The notes beneath the pieces were generated by a model that saw only the letters and a program-made list of their open reading frames with translations, was not told the origin of the DNA and ran no database searches. Position numbers and translations under genes: made by a program. This document shows positions 24,398-34,412 of a stretch of 40,591 nucleotides of DNA, piece after piece. The DNA comes from a virus (Duplodnaviria > Caudoviricetes): the IMG/VR virus record IMGVR_UViG_3300042347_001356, positions 1-40,591 of that record; one strand, given 5' to 3'. Numbering within the stretch: position 1 is the stretch's first letter; every line of letters starts with the position of its first letter.

Positions 24398-24557
24398 ATT
24401 CCTCCTCAAACTCGCGCCAGCGAATCTGCCGCTCGCGCAGCCTGCGCTGTAGCTCGCGCTCATGGAGGCGTCCGGCCAAAGTGCCGAAGTGATAACTCAG
24501 GCTGCAACTGATGAGTGAGAGCGCGAGGATAGCGGAGAGGGCGAGTTCTTTGATCAT
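24396..24557 (-). CDS. small membrane-anchored protein
   Basis: MIKELALSAILALSLISC; ATGA-coupled to terminase. Confidence 0.6.
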   Translation of the reverse strand: MIKELALSAILALSLISCSLSYHFGTLAGRLHERELQRRLRERQIRWREFEEE

Positions 24558-26464
24558 AGGTCGGCAGGTGTTGCTTCTGGCGTCAAGTCGCCAGGGAAAT
24601 CTCCAAACTGGTGACGGGCCACTGCGGCTTCGGCAGGCGTCAAGTCGAGCGTGGTCTGGACAGGCACCTCGGGAGCGCCGGTGTCGTCCTCCAGCACGCC
24701 GCCGACGAGAGCCATGGCGACCTGCATGGCCTCGCAGTCGAACAAGTGGTTGTCCTTGCGGACGCGTTTCCAAAAATACTTGATGCGTCCCGTCACGGGA
24801 CTGCGCTTGGACTCCTTCTGCTCGGCGTTGATCTGGTGAATGTAGGTCTTTGAGACATTCGCATTCACATGCCAGCGCCCGCCTGAGCGCAGCACGGCGA
24901 GGCGATCCTTGATGCGGTCGTTACTCCAATACACGAACATGGCCTTTTGATTCCCCTCGCTCTGGTTCACCGTGCCCAGATGCGGATCACGATACTGGAT
25001 CGGCGAGTAGTCTTTAATCACCCGCTCCGCGCCGATGCCGCTGTGCAGGAACCCGCCTTTGTCGCTGCCCCACAGGCCGCGCCAGCCATTGCGGATGAGG
25101 ATGGAGCAGACCGTATTCGGCTTGTGCGCCATATCGAGCGCGACACGCTTGGGATCCACATTGTGATCGGCGGCGATCTTCTCGACCTCCTCGATCGTCT
25201 CGACACGCCCCTCGTAGAGTAACCAGGATTGCTGCCCGCCCTCCATCTTCGGATTCCCCCAAGAACGCACGACAACCCAAAAGTGGTTCTCCTGCACATC
25301 GACGGTCTGTATCGGGATGCGATCCTCGGGAAGCTCGCTCGGCGAGTAGGTAATGACATTGATCGTCTCGTCATCGACCAGAAGCTCGTTATCCCACGGC
25401 TCGGCGAGCGTGGAGTTAATAAACGCCTGGCGGCGGGTCGCGCTGCCCTTGGTCATGAGCCATTTCACGGCGAGGTTGCCCCACTGCGTCTCCTTGAGCG
25501 GCGCGTAGAGGGAATTCAAGTGGTAGCTGCGGCGGCCAAGAAGACCGTTCGTGGCAGTGGGTATCCAGATGCCTTCGCGCAGCATGTAGGTCTTCTGCGC
25601 GTCGTAGATTTTCTGCTCGCAATTCTGACATCGGTAGTAGGTATTGCGCCGCACTTTTTCCAAATCCCAATCGCCACCCGTCTTGCTCTCGCTCTCATCC
25701 CGATCCCACCAACGAATCTGCCCCCACTCCAGGCGGATTCGCTCCTTGCAATGCGGACACGGGAGAAAGAAGTAGCGCTGGTCGCCCATCTGAAACTCCT
25801 TCCAAATCTCCCCATGACGCGTGGACGGAGTGGATGTCTTCACGCGCAGCGGATAAGGGAACGCTTTCGTGCGTTCCTCGGCATTCTGCAAAGCCCCCGC
25901 CTCACGATCGCTCTTGAGTTCAAACTTGTCCGTCTCGTCCATCAGGAGCAGCCCTGCGGGACGAGATGCCAGGTTTGCAGGACTATTCGACCCTACCCAG
26001 GTCAATGTGGACCTCGCAAAGAACTGCTCCAGCCGGGTCCAGAGATGCCGATCCGCGCCGGATGGCTTCATTGCTGCCAAAGGAGCGCAATTTTCAATGA
26101 ACGGGAACCACCTGTTTTGCGTAAAGCTCTTACAAAGATCGCGGTTCGGCATCACCCACAAGGCGTTCATGGGATCATTCGCAATCCGATACCCCGCGCC
26201 CCCCATCACGGTCATCGTCTTCCCTGTCTGAGTGCCGAAACAAAGCACCAGATCCGTCACCCTTTTATCCCTGAAACAATCCAACGGCTCGCGCATGTAT
26301 GGCCGAGATCGCGTGGAGAACTTCCCCGGCTCGCTCTGACTCTCCCTCTCGGTCAGCGTCACATTTTGCTCCAGCCACTCCCACACCGTCATTTCAGGCG
26401 GCCGCGAAAGTGTCGCATACATCGCCGAAGCCAAGCCGCTCAGATCATGCGAAAACTTCGCCAT
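24554..26464 (-). CDS. terminase large subunit, lambda GpA family
   Basis: RSRPYMREP, FGTQTGKT, GSNSPANLASRP, MDETDK, STP, GDQRYFFLPCPHC, SLYAP, DVQ, DNHLFDCE. Confidence 0.93.
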   Translation of the reverse strand: MAKFSHDLSGLASAMYATLSRPPEMTVWEWLEQNVTLTERESQSEPGKFSTRSRPYMREPLDCFRDKRVTDLVLCFGTQTGKTMTVMGGAGYRIANDPMNALWVMPNRDLCKSFTQNRWFPFIENCAPLAAMKPSGADRHLWTRLEQFFARSTLTWVGSNSPANLASRPAGLLLMDETDKFELKSDREAGALQNAEERTKAFPYPLRVKTSTPSTRHGEIWKEFQMGDQRYFFLPCPHCKERIRLEWGQIRWWDRDESESKTGGDWDLEKVRRNTYYRCQNCEQKIYDAQKTYMLREGIWIPTATNGLLGRRSYHLNSLYAPLKETQWGNLAVKWLMTKGSATRRQAFINSTLAEPWDNELLVDDETINVITYSPSELPEDRIPIQTVDVQENHFWVVVRSWGNPKMEGGQQSWLLYEGRVETIEEVEKIAADHNVDPKRVALDMAHKPNTVCSILIRNGWRGLWGSDKGGFLHSGIGAERVIKDYSPIQYRDPHLGTVNQSEGNQKAMFVYWSNDRIKDRLAVLRSGGRWHVNANVSKTYIHQINAEQKESKRSPVTGRIKYFWKRVRKDNHLFDCEAMQVAMALVGGVLEDDTGAPEVPVQTTLDLTPAEAAVARHQFGDFPGDLTPEATPADL

Positions 26465-27128
26465 AGCTCGCTTGTCCCTCCGCGATAGCCGCCTCGATCT
26501 CCTCACTGAACACCATCTCCGCCAAGGCATCATCGGCCGGATTCGCCTTCATCGCCGCCCGCTTCGGCGCACTCCGCAACCTCGCCAGCAAAGGAGCCCA
26601 AGCCCGATTGATCAACTGCTTCGCCGCCTCAAACGGTATCAAAATCTTACGCGCCTCTTGATACTCCAGAACGCGCTTTTCGGCATCCATGCGATTCGCC
26701 AACGCCTTATTGTAGGCGTTGATCGCAGTAACCAGCTTCTCAGGATTCGCCTGCGCCGATTCAACAACCTCGGCAGCCATCCTCTCGATCTCAATCGCCT
26801 GCTTCAGCGATTTCTCTACAGTCTTAACATTTACCCGTGTCTTGTGATAAGACCCCGCACCCCAGTTGGTGGTTTGTTTCGCGACCCCTGCACCTTTTCC
26901 GCTTTCACCATTTTCCCCTTCAGAGAACTCAGTCTCCGGCCGCAGGCCGCCAGAACTCCTATATCCCACCCCCAGCTTCGCATTCGCGCTCCGCCACTCA
27001 GTCGCCGCCTCAATTGAATCAGTCGGGCAACCCTTCTTCGCCAGCTTGTAAACATAGGCCCGCGTTGTCCCCCATTCCTGGGCGATCTGCGCAACCAACG
27101 ATTTTTTGACAGGTTCTGACTGATCCAT
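26445..27128 (-). CDS. terminase small subunit (Nu1-like)
   Basis: N-terminal wHTH-like QIAQEWGTTRAYVYKLAKKGCP, coiled coil, overlaps the GpA start. Confidence 0.7.
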   Translation of the reverse strand: MDQSEPVKKSLVAQIAQEWGTTRAYVYKLAKKGCPTDSIEAATEWRSANAKLGVGYRSSGGLRPETEFSEGENGESGKGAGVAKQTTNWGAGSYHKTRVNVKTVEKSLKQAIEIERMAAEVVESAQANPEKLVTAINAYNKALANRMDAEKRVLEYQEARKILIPFEAAKQLINRAWAPLLARLRSAPKRAAMKANPADDALAEMVFSEEIEAAIAEGQASYGEVFA

Positions 27129-27614
27129 ACGGAGTCACTCCTCCCTGTAACTTGTCAACCAGTAACCAACGCATAAGATAACTTGCCATGTCCCTTCGGG
27201 AAACCTCGCTGTTTCCTGCAATAAAAGATTCCTTTACCATGGTGGTGGTTGAAAAGGGAGGGGGTTAGGCGGGGGTCATAACAGACCCCAGCCCACCACA
27301 AGCGCAACAAGCGGAAACGATTTCACATCATGAACACCAGTGGGCGGGGGTAGGCACCGGTTTTTTCCTGATTATAAAAAATATTTCTTAAATGCCATTT
27401 CTTGGATTTTTTTTATACGACAAAATACCCCCTCCTACCCCCTCCCACCCCTGCCTGCCAAGGCTAAGATTATCATCTTGAGCAGCATAAATAGGGCGGG
27501 GGTTTCATTTTACCCCCGCCCAACCCATGTGCGCTATTGATAGGCAAAGGGTTGCGAAAACAAAAAAGGGTGGCAGGGAATCCCCCGCCACCCGTAACTT
27601 GATCAGGATTTTAT

Positions 27615-28853
27615 CTACCACTCGATAAAATAACGGCGATGCCGCCCATCGCCAAAGCAGCCGAAGGTCACTACTTCCTCCCCTGATTCAACCTTGCGCC
27701 GATACTTCCGAGGCGGCCGAGATTTGTCGCTATCCTTACCGCAATACGCGCCACTAACCTTTGGCGCGTAACGATTCAGCGTTAATCCAAACCGACTCGC
27801 AGAAGATGAGTTGAGCTTGTATCCATCCTGAGTGTCCTTACCATCCAACATATAGTCGAAAAGCCCATCATCGTGACAAAAATCAACGACTTGCTGGAAG
27901 CTAAACTCACCGCGATTATCGCCCAATGCCATATCACGCATTCGATCTATCAGCTTGCGGATGTTCCTCTCCTCCGAGTCACCGGCCTGCTCCAACTGGA
28001 CTTTTTCCAGCGGATTACCAAACCCAGCAAACCCCACAACCCCACCGATGATCTCCCCCCAACGCTCGAAGCCCAGTCGCGGCTTGTAGCCGAAGCTTGC
28101 CGCCTTCGGTTTCCCAGCCTTGCCCCAAGCCCTCACGATCCCCCACAGGGCCGAGAGCGTATTGCGCCGATTCTCCTTATCCATGAGCCACGGCTCATCG
28201 ATCAGGTTCTCAACTTGGCGTTCCTGCACATCACCCTGCTCCACAAAAAGATCGCAGATCAAGCAACGATGAGCCATGTCAGGCGACACGATACAGTCGT
28301 TACCCGTTATGAAGAGGTTCATCCGGTTCTCCGCTGTGAACATCTGCGTCCTGCCCAGCACACGCCCAGTCCACTGAGGAGAAGTCATCAGCCCCTCCAG
28401 CGTCTGGCTCGACATATAGCCCCTCACATTGTCGAAGCATACATACATCGATCCGGCTAACATCTCCGCATCCAGCAGCTTATTTAGCTCCTCCTCATTC
28501 CCCTTCCAAGGCTGAGCCTTGAAGGTTCCTGTGACGGTCATGATCGCCAGCTTCGCCAGCAGCGTCTTTCCAGACCGCTGGCTATTCGCATTGTAGATGA
28601 AGCCCATCCTATTTGACCCCTTCGGGATCAAACCCATACAGAAAAGCGACAACATCGCCGCCACCTGCACAGCCTGCGAGCGACTCTGCCGGATCGGCTC
28701 GCCCGTGCCCCCATCAGCCTCCGACACCTCCACCGTCTTCCAATCCCCAAATGGGAACTCCCTTAAAATCCATCGCAAATAATCCGTAGACTCTTGCAAT
28801 GTCCATTCATAGTAAGGATTTTCTCTTGTTACTGGTGTTTTTCTTATTTCCAT
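27615..28853 (-). CDS. primase-associated P-loop NTPase/helicase, C-terminal part
   Basis: EFPF, RSQAVQVAAML, NANSQRSGKTLL (Walker A), CFDNV, RVLG, ITGN. Confidence 0.7.
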   Translation of the reverse strand: MEIRKTPVTRENPYYEWTLQESTDYLRWILREFPFGDWKTVEVSEADGGTGEPIRQSRSQAVQVAAMLSLFCMGLIPKGSNRMGFIYNANSQRSGKTLLAKLAIMTVTGTFKAQPWKGNEEELNKLLDAEMLAGSMYVCFDNVRGYMSSQTLEGLMTSPQWTGRVLGRTQMFTAENRMNLFITGNDCIVSPDMAHRCLICDLFVEQGDVQERQVENLIDEPWLMDKENRRNTLSALWGIVRAWGKAGKPKAASFGYKPRLGFERWGEIIGGVVGFAGFGNPLEKVQLEQAGDSEERNIRKLIDRMRDMALGDNRGEFSFQQVVDFCHDDGLFDYMLDGKDTQDGYKLNSSSASRFGLTLNRYAPKVSGAYCGKDSDKSRPPRKYRRKVESGEEVVTFGCFGDGRHRRYFIEW

Positions 28854-28855
28854 AA

Positions 28856-29428
28856 TTATTTTGTTAATTTACTCTTCTCTTTTAGTTGCTTGATCTTCTC
28901 CCGAAGAATGTTGCCCTGCTCATACCGCCTTGATTTCCACCCGTGCAATGTTGCTATCATCGCCGTTTCGTGTAACTCATCTCCCAAAATAGCCAGGAAT
29001 TCCTCGGTAAGCGCCAAAAGGGCCAGCGCCCCGTCCCGCTCTTGCGTAGTTTCGTCGCGCTCGCGCTCTACCGTGTCGTATAAAGCTTTATGCACAAGAG
29101 CGGCTATGCGCTCCCGCTCCCTCGCCTCGTTTCGCTCAACGATGGTCGCGCCAAGCTCGCCAAGTGCAAAATCCCGCTCGCGTATCAACTCTTCAACTTC
29201 GTCCCTACTGCGTTCAAAACTGGATTGCATTTCATACCAAGACTCCCGCGCCTCGTCCCGCTTGCGTTCCAATTTTTCGGCAAGGTCATACAGCTTTTCC
29301 ATTTCATCTACTCTGTCAGTAAACTGACTGTCTCTAAAAGCATCCGTCTCCGGTGTGCATGCGTCTGCGTGAGACCATCCACAATGCGGACAAACCGGCG
29401 TGTCCTGATATTCCGTGTCGATCATCAT
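28856..29428 (-). CDS. hypothetical protein, CxxC and ERDEA coiled coil
   Basis: CPHCG; repeated ERDE. Confidence 0.65.
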   Translation of the reverse strand: MMIDTEYQDTPVCPHCGWSHADACTPETDAFRDSQFTDRVDEMEKLYDLAEKLERKRDEARESWYEMQSSFERSRDEVEELIRERDFALGELGATIVERNEARERERIAALVHKALYDTVERERDETTQERDGALALLALTEEFLAILGDELHETAMIATLHGWKSRRYEQGNILREKIKQLKEKSKLTK

Positions 29429-29808
29429 TTCTCGCCCTCCTTGAGTGAGGCGTTCTGCAAATAAACAATCCGCTCCAAGCCCTGCCATTCTGGATCAGGC
29501 TCACGATGCCAGTTGAAGACTCGTTTTTCCACGCATCGGCCAAGCTCCCAGTCCCAGTCAGGCTCCTCTCCATCTTCGATCGGTTCATGCACAGCGTAAA
29601 TTTCCACGGTGAAAGTTCCACTTTCGTCTTCGTCCACATAGTCCACTTCATCATCAGCGTGGTTTGCAAAATAATCTTCCACCGCCTCGTCTGGCGTATC
29701 TCCTGTTCCGCCTTGCACATCATCTTCGACATACAGACGGCCAGCGAAGAAGCGTGGAATAGGTCCCTCCCATTTTCCGATAGCAACATTTATTTGTTCG
29801 TTTGTCAT
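29425..29808 (-). CDS. hypothetical acidic protein
   Basis: MTNEQINVAI start; ends KEGEK. Confidence 0.65.
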   Translation of the reverse strand: MTNEQINVAIGKWEGPIPRFFAGRLYVEDDVQGGTGDTPDEAVEDYFANHADDEVDYVDEDESGTFTVEIYAVHEPIEDGEEPDWDWELGRCVEKRVFNWHREPDPEWQGLERIVYLQNASLKEGEK

Positions 29809-29811
29809 AAA

Positions 29812-30159
29812 TTATTTAATTTGATTAAGTTGATTAAGTTGTTCACGGAGTTTTCTTGGTGTTGAGGAACGGCTCCCAGCCCAAAGAGACGCGCACATGA
29901 TTGCCCCCTCCGCGATCTCGCGGAGCGTGGAGTGCTCTTTTAGAAGTTCGTCGCGCTCGCGCTTTGTCTGGTTATGCGCTTCGCGCTCGCGGCAGAGTGG
30001 GTTGCGAGTCTCTTGATGTCCGCATGGGCACATCCACAACGGGCTGTAAACGAGTTTGTTTTCGGGTGGATTGATTCTACCGCATTTCGGGCATTCCGTC
30101 GGTTTTTTATTCCCATCCCACGGGCATTCCGCCGCATCCGTCTCGGGCGTGTCACTCAT
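29812..30159 (-). CDS. hypothetical protein with CxxC/CxC motifs
   Basis: MSDTPETDA start; SD plus ATGA. Confidence 0.65.
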   Translation of the reverse strand: MSDTPETDAAECPWDGNKKPTECPKCGRINPPENKLVYSPLWMCPCGHQETRNPLCREREAHNQTKRERDELLKEHSTLREIAEGAIMCASLWAGSRSSTPRKLREQLNQLNQIK

Positions 30160-30350
30160 TTCCCGCCCTCCTTCCATGTAAAAACCGATTTAGTATCGTA
30201 TGGTGTTTGTAGTTTCATTTCTGCGTATCCCAGTTTAATTGCGTCTTTCTTAATTGGATCAACAAAAAACACTAACATTAACAGCGCAGTAAGAAGACAC
30301 CCCGCATAAAAACCGCCAATAAATGCTAATGCTACTGCTGTTTTATTCAT
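30156..30350 (-). CDS. small membrane protein
   Basis: Hydrophobic N-terminus; SD plus ATGA. Confidence 0.65.
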   Translation of the reverse strand: MNKTAVALAFIGGFYAGCLLTALLMLVFFVDPIKKDAIKLGYAEMKLQTPYDTKSVFTWKEGGK

Positions 30351-31114
30351 TTCGCCCCCTCCTCATCGTTAGGGATGGAATATATCACCAAACAGTCGCC
30401 CGATGAGCGCGTAAGGCGCGTATACGCTGTCCTGCCATCCGCTTTTGCAAGGCTACTCACCTCCTCTGCGATTTTTGCAAGCCCACTTGCGGGAACGGGT
30501 AGCTTTATTTTCGCCATCACCACTTCGCCGCGCCCCCTCAATATCCGGCGACGGGGTGCCCCAAATACTGCAGTGGCTCGCTTGAAGCGATCAGCCGCCG
30601 TATCCTTCGCCTCGCCCTCCTTGAGCCGGTCGAGTTCGGCGCGGAGTTGCTCCGCCTTTTGAATAACAGGAGAGCAATAACATTCATCAACAAAGTAATC
30701 GGCAAACCATTGTGCGATCTCTCGCAGCTTGGCGTTTTGCTCCCTCGCCTCGACAACTCGCTGACCTTCCCTTAAAGCCCTTTGGTGTTCCTCCCACCAA
30801 GACTCTATTGCCGCGCACTCTCTTTCCTGCGCTTCGTCGCGCTCGCGCCCAGCCGAATCAGCTTGAAGGCTGTAAATATGATACCCCTCCCTGTAATTAT
30901 GCGCGTCTGCCCTCGCTTCGTCGCGCTCTTTACGGGCATGCTCAAGCTCCTTTCTCAGTTCGTCGAGCTTGCGCTTTAACCTCCCAGCATACTCGATCAA
31001 ATGAGTGCCGGGCGGGGTTGAATCCGTCGCTGGCTCAAGTTCCTCAACTCGGGCGACATAGGCGTGGTGCGGTGTCGTTTGGTGCTTCGGTTTACTACTT
31101 TTTTGTTTCTTCAT
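30347..31114 (-). CDS. mosaic hypothetical protein
   Basis: ERDEA repeats, LDRLKEG module, C-terminal KADGRTA domain. Confidence 0.65.
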   Translation of the reverse strand: MKKQKSSKPKHQTTPHHAYVARVEELEPATDSTPPGTHLIEYAGRLKRKLDELRKELEHARKERDEARADAHNYREGYHIYSLQADSAGRERDEAQERECAAIESWWEEHQRALREGQRVVEAREQNAKLREIAQWFADYFVDECYCSPVIQKAEQLRAELDRLKEGEAKDTAADRFKRATAVFGAPRRRILRGRGEVVMAKIKLPVPASGLAKIAEEVSSLAKADGRTAYTRLTRSSGDCLVIYSIPNDEEGAK

Positions 31115-31117
31115 AAA

Positions 31118-31621
31118 TTATTCAAATACAAATATAAACTTCCCCTCATCAAACCCCGGAGCCATCAATGCCACATCGTCCTCGTTATCGCACGGCATCG
31201 GGATCGGGAAAATCTCATCGATCTTCGGCACGAAAGGCGAGAAGGTCGGGCTCATCAGCGTCTTCTTCGCTATCTCGGTCGGCATATCCTTGTATGTCGT
31301 AAAAGGTTCTCCATTTTTGTCGTAGCGGAGCTTGTAGTTCACCACATAGTTCTGCGCCCACGAGCAGAAGACCTCCGGCTCCAGGATGTTCAGCCTCGGC
31401 TTCTCCGCATCCACCAGCACGATCACCATATCCCGTCGGTATATCCCCTTGTCCGCCAGCACAGCACCCATCTGCCGGATAAACTTCAGCAACAAATCCT
31501 CCTCCTGCGGCAGCGGGATCAGCGGCAGCGTCCCATATTGCGCCGCCATCGAGCCCGTCAGCACCTCATGCAGCCCGAGGGCCGACCCCGCCTGCACCGC
31601 TGTATTAGCAGCCGCGCTCAT
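31118..31621 (-). CDS. probable N-terminal part of the primase-associated helicase
   Basis: ATGA-coupled to primase; ends PIPMP...LMAPGFD. Confidence 0.6.
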   Translation of the reverse strand: MSAAANTAVQAGSALGLHEVLTGSMAAQYGTLPLIPLPQEEDLLLKFIRQMGAVLADKGIYRRDMVIVLVDAEKPRLNILEPEVFCSWAQNYVVNYKLRYDKNGEPFTTYKDMPTEIAKKTLMSPTFSPFVPKIDEIFPIPMPCDNEDDVALMAPGFDEGKFIFVFE

Positions 31622-32937
31622 TGGATCGCCTCCCACTCAGCCCAAGCCTTGAAAAACGCCTCCTCATGCTCCGGCCAAGCCTGCATGAACCTCACCCACA
31701 CCTTTTTGCGCGCCCGCCCCTTCGGCACCTGCGCACCACGGCGCGTCACCACCTTAGCAAATTCCACCACCCCATCCGTGCGCCCCTTCTTTTTCTCCAC
31801 CGAGAGCCATTTCAAGAAAGTCGGCTTCATCTTCACCATCCCCTTCTGCTTCGCGATCCGCTTCCGCAGATTCGCGCGGAACGCCTCACGCCCCGCATCA
31901 TCCAACCCCCGCACATCATCATTGAGATCCTTCGCCACAGGCGAGTATCCATGAATCGACTTCACCCGCTTCCGCAGAGCCTCCGCGAAATTTTCCTCGC
32001 CAACAAACCAACCCCGACCCGCCTCATCATTATCCGCCATCAGGAAAGCCGTCGCATCATTCCGCAGCGCGTATTCCAGCATCCGCTTCCAACTCGTCGC
32101 CCCCCGCATTCCGAAAACCGCCACCTGTGCAGGCCACTTCGCCTCCCAGCCCATCACATCGATCAGCGCCAGTGCATCCCACTGCCCCTCGCAGCAGAAA
32201 ATATACCTCGCCGCCTCACTACCCCCCTCTGGCAGCACCACAAAAGGCCACGCCCCCAGCCCGCGCGAAGTCTCGCACTCCAGCCGCTCGCCCTCTACCC
32301 ATCGATTCGAGTAGCGCCAACTCGCCTTCTCCCCCTCCTTGCGAGGAGCCAAGCGCACATGGAAACCGATATCCCTCACCACACCATCCACCACATCGCG
32401 GATCAGGAACGCCTCGCGCCACGCGCCATACATCATCACCCGCCCGCAAAGTTGCTGCCTGCCAGCCCAAGCGATCACCTCTGGGCGAATGCCACGCCAC
32501 ACCGCCCAGCGCGCCACCTCAGCCCCATCCGTGTATAGCTCCGCGCAAGCCCGCTCCCACTTCAGAGCCGACTCACCCACCAGAGCCTCGATCACCACCG
32601 CCTCCTCTTGTGGCAACTCCCGCTTCGGCAGCGGCCTCGGGATCGCATCCCGCGAGCCACCCAGCCCCGCGAGTGCCGCCAGCGCATCCTTCGCTTGGAT
32701 GAAATCCATCCCATGCGCCAACTGCATATACTCCACCACATCCCCCTTCGCATCGCAGCCAAAGCACTTGAACCAATCCCCACCCGCCTTCTCATGCAGG
32801 TGGAAACTTGGCGTCGTCTCATTATGTATCGGGCAGCACGCCACCCAGGATGTCCCTGCTCGACGCAGGGACACCCCATCCCGCTCCAGCAACTCACGCA
32901 GAGTCACCCGAGCTTTTATTTCGCTCACATCCACCAC
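31618..32937 (-). CDS. DNA primase (CHC2 zinc finger and Toprim)
   Basis: CCPIHNETTPSF...FKCFGCDAKGD; CEGQWDAL; ADNDEAG; KDLND. Confidence 0.88.
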   Translation of the reverse strand: MVDVSEIKARVTLRELLERDGVSLRRAGTSWVACCPIHNETTPSFHLHEKAGGDWFKCFGCDAKGDVVEYMQLAHGMDFIQAKDALAALAGLGGSRDAIPRPLPKRELPQEEAVVIEALVGESALKWERACAELYTDGAEVARWAVWRGIRPEVIAWAGRQQLCGRVMMYGAWREAFLIRDVVDGVVRDIGFHVRLAPRKEGEKASWRYSNRWVEGERLECETSRGLGAWPFVVLPEGGSEAARYIFCCEGQWDALALIDVMGWEAKWPAQVAVFGMRGATSWKRMLEYALRNDATAFLMADNDEAGRGWFVGEENFAEALRKRVKSIHGYSPVAKDLNDDVRGLDDAGREAFRANLRKRIAKQKGMVKMKPTFLKWLSVEKKKGRTDGVVEFAKVVTRRGAQVPKGRARKKVWVRFMQAWPEHEEAFFKAWAEWEAIQ

Positions 32938-32951
32938 AGATTATCCTTTTT

Positions 32952-33278
32952 TTAGTTGTTTATTTCAGTTACTGGCTCCCATACCGCCAAGGGGCGACAA
33001 TGGCACTCGGGACGCTTGCTTTGCTTCCACGATCCGGTTCGACGGATTGCCCCCGACTTATAAAAAGCCAAAATGATTGCACCCAAAGCACGCGGCTCCC
33101 TTGGCTGTGCCCCGAGGCGCAACCAAACATCGTCGGTCGTGAATTCTTTCTGGCGCGCAATCAGACTGCGCACCGCCCCCTCCATTGCAGCAATCCACTC
33201 TGGAGATGTGCTGCGATACACGCGCTGGATCGCGTTTTCTTTCCATTTTTTTCCAGTAAAAAGATCGAGCTGAATCAC
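32952..33278 (-). CDS. hypothetical protein
   Basis: EFTTDDVW...PRALGA...H.RP..VW phage-type protein. Confidence 0.7.
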   Translation of the reverse strand: MIQLDLFTGKKWKENAIQRVYRSTSPEWIAAMEGAVRSLIARQKEFTTDDVWLRLGAQPREPRALGAIILAFYKSGAIRRTGSWKQSKRPECHCRPLAVWEPVTEINN

Positions 33279-33712
33279 GGCACGACCTCCACCTGGCGCG
33301 CTTTCGCCCTCAGCTCGCGCACCACCGCTTGCTGAAGCATGTTGGTCGATGTCATCTCATCCAGTCTGCGAGCCAGTCTGCGGTTCTCCTCCAGCAGACC
33401 CGCCACATCCATCGTGATCGGCGAGTGCGACTCGTGCATCAGCCACTGCATCTCCGCAGGAGAGAGCCTGCGAGTGCAGCCATTGCACACGATCGCCACA
33501 TCCGAGATTCCATCGTCGGGCCTCAATACGAAGCCCGACACATGCGATCCGCGCTCAGTCAACACCGCAGCCTTCGCCGCAGTCTCCTCGCGGCCTGTGG
33601 AGGAAAAATCCAATGCCTCCAACAAAATATCCTCCATATCTCCGAGGATTCTTGAATCACGATGCTCGATCACTTCCTCACCATCCGCATCCACCACAAA
33701 TCGCGTGCTCAT
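33275..33712 (-). CDS. hypothetical protein
   Basis: ATGA-coupled. Confidence 0.65.
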   Translation of the reverse strand: MSTRFVVDADGEEVIEHRDSRILGDMEDILLEALDFSSTGREETAAKAAVLTERGSHVSGFVLRPDDGISDVAIVCNGCTRRLSPAEMQWLMHESHSPITMDVAGLLEENRRLARRLDEMTSTNMLQQAVVRELRAKARQVEVVP

Positions 33713-33921
33713 TTTCCGCCCTCCAGTTGCGCGATATTATCCGAAACCCGCATCGCCTGCTCATATCGATCCGAATCCATCTCAAATCCGAATCGAACTT
33801 GGCCCGATACCCGCACATTCTCATTAGAGAAAGTGCAATCCCATGACTCACACCAGATCCTTCCGCCTGGAATTTCCCTGCATTGCCCCGGCCTCGGCAG
33901 CCGTTCAAAAAAACCACTCAT
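33709..33921 (-). CDS. hypothetical protein
   Basis: SD plus ATGA start MSGFF. Confidence 0.55.
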   Translation of the reverse strand: MSGFFERLPRPGQCREIPGGRIWCESWDCTFSNENVRVSGQVRFGFEMDSDRYEQAMRVSDNIAQLEGGK

Positions 33922-34412
33922 TTCGCGCCCTCCTTGATTATCCAAGCGACATGAATCACTTGGCCGCTGCCGAGCTTCACATTTTCGCCCATATGGCCCG
34001 CGACTACCCCTTGCTGTGGCGAAGGCTCCCCAATCAAGCTGTAGGTAATGACATCGCCCACCTTATATTCAGACGCCTTTGACTTCTGCGTGTCTCGCTC
34101 ATTTCCCATGTCTCGCCTGAAATCCCTATTGCTAACTTCGAGCATCGCGTCGGCTTGAGCGAAGGCCATTTCTGCCCAAGACTCTTCCTGCAATTCACGA
34201 TTACCTTCAGAATTTGCGAGTATTCCTGCCAATGCCTGCCCCGCGAACCAATCGCGCCTGGACATGCCTTCAAATCCAATCGCCACGCATTCCTTTCCAG
34301 AGAATTGGTCCGTCCATTTCAAATGCTTTTGAGGGAAAGCCGGACCCCCATCTGTGCGACGAGGACTCTTTTCTGCTATCCAGCCCTCAGTGGTGCCTGT
34401 GGCTAAACTCAT
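33918..34412 (-). CDS. phage protein with DGGPAFP...RDWFAGQAL domain
   Basis: Widespread small phage domain GMSRRDWFAGQALAG...ADAML. Confidence 0.75.
   Translation of the reverse strand: MSLATGTTEGWIAEKSPRRTDGGPAFPQKHLKWTDQFSGKECVAIGFEGMSRRDWFAGQALAGILANSEGNRELQEESWAEMAFAQADAMLEVSNRDFRRDMGNERDTQKSKASEYKVGDVITYSLIGEPSPQQGVVAGHMGENVKLGSGQVIHVAWIIKEGAK

Noticed and set aside
28813-28822. Thirteenth palindrome copy
   Set aside because: Half-site only (TAAGGATTTT); likewise the half-site near 5600.
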